DNA of 64,000 bases, taken from the sequence record NC_135732.1; one strand, written 5' to 3'. The stretch comes from a phage. Each line of letters begins with the position of its first letter. Positions within the stretch are counted from its first letter, which is position 1. Positions 56,824 to 64,000 of this stretch are shown here, piece after piece. The notes beneath the pieces are model-generated. The model ran no database searches, was not told where the DNA came from, and saw nothing but the letters and a program-made list of their open reading frames with translations. Both the position numbers and the translations under genes were made by a program.

Positions 56824-58902
56824 TTAAAAAGGTGTTTCATCATCCTCAAAACCAGGGACCGGATCAGAGGATGGATCATCGTATTGGAGGTCTTCCTGCG
56901 TGTCAATAGGCTTGACAGTGGGTGTTACAACCTTATCAGCCACAACCTTGCCCATAGGTGTTTCTACAACTGCATGCTCCTGATCCTCAAACATAGCCTG
57001 AGGTCTCCAAACAACCTCCCCACCTTCTCCGTCTGTAAACATCTGCATTTCTTTGTCCCAGTACCAATTACTGGCATCATGGAACTTACCTGTATGCGGA
57101 TCCATAACTAAAGTGTCAGCAATACCTAAAGTTTTTGCTGGACGGTTTTTAAGACCTACCAGACGGACACGTCCACGAGAACGATCCACCATTTCTTCGG
57201 CCTCGACACCTATGACTACCCAACTCAACTGTTCAAGCCCAGCCGATCCTCGCAAATTCTCTTTTCGCACAGGATACCAGAAAGGTAATGGGTTACCATC
57301 CTTGTCCTTAGGGGGCACAATCTCTGTACGTTTGAGGTGAGCGATCACCAAGATAAACACGTTAAACTGCTTACAAAACGCAGCCAGTTGGGTCATAGCC
57401 ATGTCCAGTTCTTTTCGCTCATCCTTAACATTAAGCCCTGAAATTACCATGGACAGGTGATCCAGCACAATATAACGACAATGGTACAGGCAAACCATTT
57501 GCTTAAGCTTGGTAATCAACTCGTCCACTGGAATAGACCCGAAATGTTTGAACACTTTGATTTTTCCAGCTTTTGCCCATGATTGGTGAATCTCTGCGTG
57601 TTCTTGATCAGTTAAAAACTGGCTAGGATCTTCAACAAACTCTTTAACATCAAACCCTAACTGGTTTGCATACAAGGAGTTAATTGCTTCCTCTGGGTCC
57701 TCCTCAAGATGGATCATACATAGACGATCATCCTCTTCATAGTCATCAGCCTTCGGGCATGTTGGGTCCATTAGGTATCTTGCAATACAATGTTCCAGTT
57801 TTTTAGCTACGGTTGTTTTACCGCCACCTGATGGGCCTGTAAGCATTACAAGTGTCCCCTTGTGCAAGCCTTTTAACATTTTTTGCAGTTTTGGGAACTC
57901 TGCACTGATATCTACCCCGTTGGAAGTCTTTTTCCGCAAAGACTCGATAGAGAAGTCTTCTAAGTCCGACACAGCATCAGGCACATATTTAACAGGATGC
58001 CGGAACATGTTGACAATATCTTCCAGCTTTTTAGCCTTCAGCATGTCACGGATATCTTTTACCCCGTCAGGGTCATTTACTTCACCAGGGTATTCTACGT
58101 GGTAAACGTTATCAGCCATCAAAAATGCTGCGATATTGTGCGTGGCCTCAACACCTTTAATGACGTGTTTTTGCTTCTCTACCTCGTTGGCTGCATCGTT
58201 ATCCATTGCCAGCACAACTGTTCCATAGCTACGGATAAACTTCTCATTGTTTGCAAAAGTATCTACTGCGTTTGCACATCCACAGTTAATTCCAACAAAA
58301 GGTAGGCAGGGTTTTCCTGCCAGATCACCACCGTTGATAACTGCATCGATCCCGTCCTGGACCTCTTTAGCCCACTGTTTCACCTTTGCCGGGGCTTTAG
58401 CATTGGTGAGAATCCCTTTTACTTGTATCTGATATGCAGCCTGCCATGCTGCAATAACATCGCCTTCCCCCTCACAAACGTTAATCTGCTTACGGTTGTT
58501 AGAAGATGCACACAGCTTTTGCCCAAACATTTGGGAGTTAGCCTTTACGATCCCAACCGTCGTAAAGTGCCCACGTTGCTCTTTGGGGATCGTCCAGTCA
58601 CGCTTTTTGAAACCGGACAGATTCCCGTAGCGGTCGTAATATGGGAAATATGTTGCAGTAACTGTCACACCGTCTTCTTGGGACAATGCTGATCGCACAC
58701 CAAAATATTGTGCAGCCATCAGACCGATATTTTGTTGTGGGACAGGGACAATTTTAGTATTTTCTAAAACAGTCTCTACAGTTTCAACTTCTTTTTCATC
58801 ACGATAGTCTCGTTTCACACTTCCCCCACTTTTATACTTAGTTGCTTTCGGGTTTGGCTCACCGAAACGGTTGTATGCAGATGCCATAAATTTACTTCCC
58901 AT
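56824..58902 (-). CDS. primase-helicase (T7 gp4-like)
   Basis: TOPRIM-like CEGEGD and AMDNDAANE, Walker A LTGPSGGGKTT, Walker B IVLDHL; acidic tail ending DDETPF. Confidence 0.8.
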   Translation of the reverse strand: MGSKFMASAYNRFGEPNPKATKYKSGGSVKRDYRDEKEVETVETVLENTKIVPVPQQNIGLMAAQYFGVRSALSQEDGVTVTATYFPYYDRYGNLSGFKKRDWTIPKEQRGHFTTVGIVKANSQMFGQKLCASSNNRKQINVCEGEGDVIAAWQAAYQIQVKGILTNAKAPAKVKQWAKEVQDGIDAVINGGDLAGKPCLPFVGINCGCANAVDTFANNEKFIRSYGTVVLAMDNDAANEVEKQKHVIKGVEATHNIAAFLMADNVYHVEYPGEVNDPDGVKDIRDMLKAKKLEDIVNMFRHPVKYVPDAVSDLEDFSIESLRKKTSNGVDISAEFPKLQKMLKGLHKGTLVMLTGPSGGGKTTVAKKLEHCIARYLMDPTCPKADDYEEDDRLCMIHLEEDPEEAINSLYANQLGFDVKEFVEDPSQFLTDQEHAEIHQSWAKAGKIKVFKHFGSIPVDELITKLKQMVCLYHCRYIVLDHLSMVISGLNVKDERKELDMAMTQLAAFCKQFNVFILVIAHLKRTEIVPPKDKDGNPLPFWYPVRKENLRGSAGLEQLSWVVIGVEAEEMVDRSRGRVRLVGLKNRPAKTLGIADTLVMDPHTGKFHDASNWYWDKEMQMFTDGEGGEVVWRPQAMFEDQEHAVVETPMGKVVADKVVTPTVKPIDTQEDLQYDDPSSDPVPGFEDDETPF

Positions 58903-59656
58903 TAATTCTGCTCCTTACTACAGGCTCGTTTGCTAAGAATACGGCTTTTGCCCAGCCACGTGGTGTGAGGCTTCGGATCATCTTCGTTCTTGCACTCTTC
59001 CCACCCAGCTTGGCGTGTTGCATGGAATACCCGCTAACCGCGTCAACTATTTGCGGGACAGGTTTTGTGGCCGGGATTATAAATCCATTACCTATCCAGC
59101 CGCAAGTTATTTTTGGATAGGCATCACGTGGAGCTATAAATTCAGGAAACCAGGGGTTTACATCATCCTCCGGTAAATACCCGCCATAGTCAGAAGGATG
59201 AAAACGGTAATCAGGTTTGCGCCACAGTGTGGACATAACACCAACAGGATTCTCTACATGCCACGGGCAATCGTAAATCTCTCCCAGCTCTTCCGCAACC
59301 CGAGCATCCTTTACAGCATTAATTTGGATCAAAGGATCCTTAGCCAGCTTTTTCTTAAAATGTGCAGCACCTGATACCGCTAAATGCGTGCACGGAGGAA
59401 ATGCAAGAATAAAGTCTGGAGCTGGATACATGCAAAAAGTTTCCTGAGGGAACCATGGGTCAATCCAATAATCCACATAGTGAATGTTAGGATGATCGGT
59501 TATCACCTCTGCATAACTGCCGTGGTCAGCACCTTCTGCATTAAAGCACAGGCACAGGTACCCAGCTTTTGCCCAGTCAATAACTGCACCACCAGACCCG
59601 TCAAATAGACTCCACACAACACCTTTGTGGTAGTGTTCTTTGTAGATGAATTTCAA
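58892..59656 (-). CDS. DNA cytosine-5 methyltransferase-like
   Basis: Motif I LFDGSGG, motif IV FPPCTH, motif VI HVENPVG; start uncertain: track GTG 59686 lies inside terminator hairpin, TTG 59656 follows GGAG. Confidence 0.5.
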   Translation of the reverse strand: MKFIYKEHYHKGVVWSLFDGSGGAVIDWAKAGYLCLCFNAEGADHGSYAEVITDHPNIHYVDYWIDPWFPQETFCMYPAPDFILAFPPCTHLAVSGAAHFKKKLAKDPLIQINAVKDARVAEELGEIYDCPWHVENPVGVMSTLWRKPDYRFHPSDYGGYLPEDDVNPWFPEFIAPRDAYPKITCGWIGNGFIIPATKPVPQIVDAVSGYSMQHAKLGGKSARTKMIRSLTPRGWAKAVFLANEPVVRSRINGK

Positions 59657-59673
59657 TTTGCTGTCTCCTAATG

Positions 59674-59702
59674 CAAAAAGCCCCACCCTTTCGGGCAGGG
59701 CC
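59674..59702 (-). terminator. rho-independent terminator (second copy of repeated element)
   Basis: Same CCCTGCCC-GAAA-GGGTGGGG hairpin then U-run as at 48693. Confidence 0.6.
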
Positions 59703-59707
59703 TAGTG

Positions 59708-60190
59708 TTAAACCCGGATACCTATTGTATACTCGGTGGATACCAATGTCAAATCTAAATTTAAAATTTCTTGCATCTCATAATATGCGTCCAGGGTTAG
59801 ATACATTTCCCCATCCTTTTCTACATACTTGTCCAAGTGCTTGAGGCATTTCGGATAACTATCAAGTGCAGCTTTCAGGCACTCAAACTCTGTGCTGTTG
59901 ATGAATCCTTCCATCTTGGCTACCCGTTCTGGGGTAATGATAGCACTGTAGTGAGATTTAGCTTCCTGAATGCAATGGGTCCAAGCATCAACCTTCTCTT
60001 CGAAAAGTCCAAAGAACTTCTTTTTGGTGAGCTTCAGATTCTTTAAGTGCTTAAGCACTCGGTTGCCGATTACAGCCACATCACGAAACTTAAGGATCAC
60101 CTTGTCGATATCCTCGCGGCCTATTTTCACAAAGCAGGCTTCGCACATTTCAGGGGCTGCGTAACCTACTTTCCACATAAAATCTGACAT
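59708..60190 (-). CDS. hypothetical protein
   Basis: AAGGAGAAGG RBS. Confidence 0.5.
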   Translation of the reverse strand: MSDFMWKVGYAAPEMCEACFVKIGREDIDKVILKFRDVAVIGNRVLKHLKNLKLTKKKFFGLFEEKVDAWTHCIQEAKSHYSAIITPERVAKMEGFINSTEFECLKAALDSYPKCLKHLDKYVEKDGEMYLTLDAYYEMQEILNLDLTLVSTEYTIGIRV

Positions 60191-60202
60191 ACCGCCTTCT
60201 CC

Positions 60203-60598
60203 TTATTCCTTAAAAGCTATGATATCATAGGAACTTGCAGATGATTCTGGTGAAGAATGACTCCAGTCCAGGTCATCAGAATAGTCAGCGTACTGTGCAC
60301 CACTACGTAGTTTATATTTTACCCACTTACCTGGTGCAGGGTTTTCACCACCTTCCCATACTTCCCAGCCTTCTGGCAGGCCGTCCTGGGGATAGTCATC
60401 CACCTCACTAATAATCTTAGGGTTTGGCACCAAGATCCCTGCAGGCTCTTCCTTCCGGATAAGTGTCCACACAACGTAGGTGTCTGAGCAGGCGCATGAT
60501 AGCAAAGTATATCCACTATTCAGAACTTCTGCAAGCTCTTTTTCAGCATCTTCCAATTTGGTTAAGTGGTATTGGATAATCTTCACACCTGTAATCAT
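60203..60598 (-). CDS. hypothetical protein
   Basis: GGGAGG RBS. Confidence 0.5.
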   Translation of the reverse strand: MITGVKIIQYHLTKLEDAEKELAEVLNSGYTLLSCACSDTYVVWTLIRKEEPAGILVPNPKIISEVDDYPQDGLPEGWEVWEGGENPAPGKWVKYKLRSGAQYADYSDDLDWSHSSPESSASSYDIIAFKE

Positions 60599-60903
60599 CA
60601 GAAACCTCCCACTTCTTCAGCAAATGCAGCTGCTGTCGTCGCTGCATCCAGATAGGACTCTAGTTCACGGGCTGCACGTTTGTAAATTGAGTGGCGCATA
60701 TCGTTTGGCAGTTGGTGGAAGTCCACCTCTTCACCGTTGTGGTAAACATGCACATCGGTGATTTGTCTAAATCCGTAACAGTCAACATCAGAATCCCGGC
60801 ACTCCGGATCTGGCAACTGAACAACTGCCTGAGCTTCCACAGTAAACATATCGTCAAGTTCGAAATCGATTTCAAAAGTGTATGGTTTATAACGTTTCAT
60901 CAT
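60598..60903 (-). CDS. hypothetical protein
   Basis: ATG ORF, likely coupled to upstream gene. Confidence 0.45.
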   Translation of the reverse strand: MMKRYKPYTFEIDFELDDMFTVEAQAVVQLPDPECRDSDVDCYGFRQITDVHVYHNGEEVDFHQLPNDMRHSIYKRAARELESYLDAATTAAAFAEEVGGF

Positions 60904-60916
60904 TTGATTGTACTCT

Positions 60917-62242
60917 TTATTGATCAGAATTATCTTTCGTAATTAAGGTCTGGGTAAGTTTGTAATAGCGGAAGCCACCGCCACCTTGCCAGCTTGCAGA
61001 CTTAGAAATACCACCTTGATCTTCACCATCAATCACTTTTTGCAAGCGAGGGATAATATGGGTATGACAATGATCACCCAGTTCGATCAAGATCCAACGT
61101 CTTTTCATCTTGTGGGCTACAGCAGCAGTAGTTCCCGAACCGCCGAATGAATCCAATACCAAATCACCTTCTCGCGTACACATTTCGAGAATCCGCTTCA
61201 AAAGCGCTTCTGGTTTTTTTCCATTTTTGAAACTAACGCCGCCTTCATTTGCTATTCCATTCCAACTAATGTCTGTCCAAACATCAGTTATTAGTTCCGC
61301 AGGTTGCATCTCACCGTCAATTTCCAAAAGCCTGTTGGAGTAAAAGACCATTTGCCTACCATTTGCGATATAAAATCCTTCAACATCCTCATTCGGATGT
61401 ACATAAACCTTATCCCTATCTTTCTTTGACTTCTCGATAGTTTCTTTTCTCTTTATTTTAGCGCCACCACCAATTGCAACAGATTGAAATACACGTTCTG
61501 CATTATCAATTGCGAATTGTGCTAATTCATCATCGAATGTGTCAGGCAGTTTTTTCTTAGCTTCTTTTGCATCTTTATAGCCATTGGCCTTTGCAAACGC
61601 ATCGGCAATACCGCACCACGTCCAATTTTTATAATGGTCATCCGGGTTTAATAGGTATTTGTTATATCCTGTATCATACCCTTTAGTTATATAGATTTTG
61701 TTAAGCGGTTTCTGGTTGCGATCTTTTGCATATACAAGCAAAAAGTTTGCTGTGGAGAAAACTGTGGCTCCTGTTGCCTTAAATCCCGAAGGGGAATTTG
61801 TGGTCATCGATATGGTATTTAGCTGATTTGCACGACCAAAAATCTCGTCCATCAAAACTTTTAAATACGCCATTTCGCAACCATCTAAGTGAACGAATAT
61901 TACCCCATCATCACTCAGAAGATTACGAATTATTTCTAACCTATCCCTCATTAAGCCCAGCCAAATGGAATGCTCCAGACTATCATCGTAGTGCTCAAAA
62001 GCCCTTCCGGTATTGAATGGTGGGTCTATGTAAACACACTTCACTTTGCCTGCATACTCTTGCTCTAGCGCCTTCAATGCTAATAAGTTATCTCCAAAAA
62101 TCAGCTTATTATCAAAAATATCGTTTTCGGTCACTTTCTGGCTGTGGTAAGACTTGCTCGAATCTTCTAACAAAGTGTGCGGCTCTAGCTTTTTGCGCTC
62201 GTTTTTACCTATCCAGGTGAGTTCTAATTTGGTTTTGCTCAT
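60917..62242 (-). CDS. DNA amino-methyltransferase (N6-adenine or N4-cytosine, beta class)
   Basis: Motif IV VYIDPPFNTG precedes motif I DSFGGSGTT (circularly permuted order). Confidence 0.7.
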   Translation of the reverse strand: MSKTKLELTWIGKNERKKLEPHTLLEDSSKSYHSQKVTENDIFDNKLIFGDNLLALKALEQEYAGKVKCVYIDPPFNTGRAFEHYDDSLEHSIWLGLMRDRLEIIRNLLSDDGVIFVHLDGCEMAYLKVLMDEIFGRANQLNTISMTTNSPSGFKATGATVFSTANFLLVYAKDRNQKPLNKIYITKGYDTGYNKYLLNPDDHYKNWTWCGIADAFAKANGYKDAKEAKKKLPDTFDDELAQFAIDNAERVFQSVAIGGGAKIKRKETIEKSKKDRDKVYVHPNEDVEGFYIANGRQMVFYSNRLLEIDGEMQPAELITDVWTDISWNGIANEGGVSFKNGKKPEALLKRILEMCTREGDLVLDSFGGSGTTAAVAHKMKRRWILIELGDHCHTHIIPRLQKVIDGEDQGGISKSASWQGGGGFRYYKLTQTLITKDNSDQ

Positions 62243-62303
62243 AGTTTGGTGCTCTCCTTAGTTTTTGTGGGGAGGAGTGCCTCCCCTTTAGACTCACATC
62301 TTA

Positions 62304-62645
62304 CTACTGAAGGTCTTCACAGTCAAGCTCAAAAAGAATCAAACTGTGCATGCCTGCAGAGAGATCGACACACCCTGCAACAATAAGGGTCTGATAGTAA
62401 GGTTCAGCACCCTCGATGTCTTCGTTAAAATCCACAACAAGATAGTCACCTTTGTTAAAGGTGTATTTGTCCGATGTAAACGCAAAACCTGCCCAGTCCC
62501 CTACTGCAGGATCTTTATCAGTCACCTTTGTCAGCAGTAGATCTTTTTCACGAGATCTTTTAGTAAAATCGTGAATCACAACATCCTTCTCCTCAGGAGT
62601 TGGATTGCCACACACGTAGTTAACTATATTTCTCCACAAACTCAT
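62304..62645 (-). CDS. hypothetical protein
   Basis: ATG ORF overlapping helicase stop. Confidence 0.5.
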   Translation of the reverse strand: MSLWRNIVNYVCGNPTPEEKDVVIHDFTKRSREKDLLLTKVTDKDPAVGDWAGFAFTSDKYTFNKGDYLVVDFNEDIEGAEPYYQTLIVAGCVDLSAGMHSLILFELDCEDLQ

Positions 62646-63961
62646 ACGTCCCCCTCTTCTGCTCTGGTTTCAAAATCTTTCCTGACAATTTTGTCTAAGT
62701 CAGGAAAGGTTGTATTGTAAAACTCTACGACTCGCGGGTCAACAATAATGTCAACTTCTCTTAGTGGACGCAACAAGTTTATTCCTTGTATTGTCTTAAC
62801 TCGACTCAAAGCAACATACGTCATCCCAGGAGAGAAAGCTCCGTTCTTTCCAAGGTCCAGGTTGTAACAATCTAGCGTAAGTCCTTGACTTTTATGAGAT
62901 GTTACGGCGTACCCAGATTTCAGAGGGAGTTGCTTGTATGATCCAATCACTACCCTCTCTATAAACTTCTCCATCTTCCTTTCTGCAATGTTGTATCTTT
63001 GAGATGGCTTATACTCGTTATTCTCCCACAACCTTTGTTCTATGTCAACCTGTGTTCCATCTTCAAGCTCCACCACCACCGCCTTGTTCTTAAATTTAAC
63101 AATTGTGGCACGTGTTCCGTTAACATAATAAGGTACTTTGTGCGTCGGGTCAACATCGTTGGCGGTTATCATAACTTTCATGCCAATTTTCAACTTCATC
63201 TCCTGCTCAACTGGCAAGGTGGAGGGAAACTTACCCTTCATTTCACCAGTGTATACCTTCTCTGGGGCGTTGATGGCATCATAGAACCTTCTGTTCACTT
63301 CCTCTGCTTGTTTGTTGGTGGCGCAAATTGTGAGAGCGTCTGTTGGTACACCTCCTTTGTAACAGCGAGCATTAAGTTCTGCTACAACCTCTTTTATACG
63401 ACGACCCTCACGAACACAGTTGAGCATTGTAGCAAATCGAATAGACTCCTGTCGGAACTGATCTATTAGGGCTATGTTGTGGAGGTCAAGCTCTTTCCAA
63501 GATTCGGTATAGCAACACAAGTCCGTATGGTAGAAGTTGAAGTAGGCTTCCTTCTCCATAGAAGAGACAACAGGAGGTGCCTGGTAAAAATCGCCAAACA
63601 ATATGACCTGTATGCCTCCGAAAGGTTTGTCATTTTTTCGAAGGAAGCGGAGTTTCCTATCCATCTCTATAAACTTATCAGCACGGATCATAGAGATTTC
63701 ATCGATAATTAGGATGGTAAATGCCTTGCTTTTCAAAGGCTTTGCTGTTTTTGCCCTTATTGCGGTCCAGTCCGACTCCATGCTCACACCTGCTGCAAGA
63801 TCGAAGGTTCGGTGTGCTGTTGCTCCATTAACGTTTAAAGCGGCTACCCCTGTCGGGGCAACCGTTATGCAAGAGTCTCCATACATTGACTGGATCATGT
63901 TGATGAGGTACGTCTTCCCACAACCTGCGGGTCCTGAAACGAAGACATTCTCACCGCTCAT
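62642..63961 (-). CDS. SF1 DNA helicase, Dda/RecD-like
   Basis: Walker A VSGPAGCGKT, Walker B ILIIDEISM, GDFYQAPPV and VTSHKSQG motifs. Confidence 0.75.
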   Translation of the reverse strand: MSGENVFVSGPAGCGKTYLINMIQSMYGDSCITVAPTGVAALNVNGATAHRTFDLAAGVSMESDWTAIRAKTAKPLKSKAFTILIIDEISMIRADKFIEMDRKLRFLRKNDKPFGGIQVILFGDFYQAPPVVSSMEKEAYFNFYHTDLCCYTESWKELDLHNIALIDQFRQESIRFATMLNCVREGRRIKEVVAELNARCYKGGVPTDALTICATNKQAEEVNRRFYDAINAPEKVYTGEMKGKFPSTLPVEQEMKLKIGMKVMITANDVDPTHKVPYYVNGTRATIVKFKNKAVVVELEDGTQVDIEQRLWENNEYKPSQRYNIAERKMEKFIERVVIGSYKQLPLKSGYAVTSHKSQGLTLDCYNLDLGKNGAFSPGMTYVALSRVKTIQGINLLRPLREVDIIVDPRVVEFYNTTFPDLDKIVRKDFETRAEEGDV

Positions 63962-64000
63962 GATTGCAACGAGGGCAGCATCTGTGCCTACATCATACTG

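Overview
The window is a segment of a large lytic dsDNA phage genome with enterobacteria-like expression signals (TTGACA-17-TATAAT promoters, GGAGG-type ribosome-binding sites). 1-38.3 kb is a plus-strand block of early and nucleotide-metabolism genes: a divergent P-loop polynucleotide-kinase-like gene, T4 RnlA-like RNA ligase, Sir2, MazG-like, ATP-dependent DNA ligase, lambda R-like lysozyme, flap endonuclease, RuvC-like and endonuclease VII resolvases, DEDD exonuclease, adenine methyltransferase, dNMP-kinase-like, HAD nucleotidase, ThyX-like, NrdA/NrdB/glutaredoxin, NrdD split by a group I intron carrying an HNH endonuclease, NrdG, PhoH, a ClpP-like protease, a ribosome hibernation factor homolog, and dozens of small ORFs including a tandemly expanded paralog family. 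38.3-40.8 kb is a 2.5-kb repeat-rich non-coding region between convergent blocks (candidate origin). 40.8-64 kb is a minus-strand block: small ORFs, a macro-domain protein, an SSB-like protein, family A DNA polymerase interrupted by a second group I intron with an HNH endonuclease, T7 gp4-like primase-helicase, C5 and amino methyltransferases, and a Dda/RecD-like helicase. No tRNA, rRNA or CRISPR array was found. All functional calls rest on motifs read by eye from the translations; no database search was run. The ORF track reports the first ATG/GTG/TTG as M, so many starts were moved to the nearest start with a ribosome-binding site.
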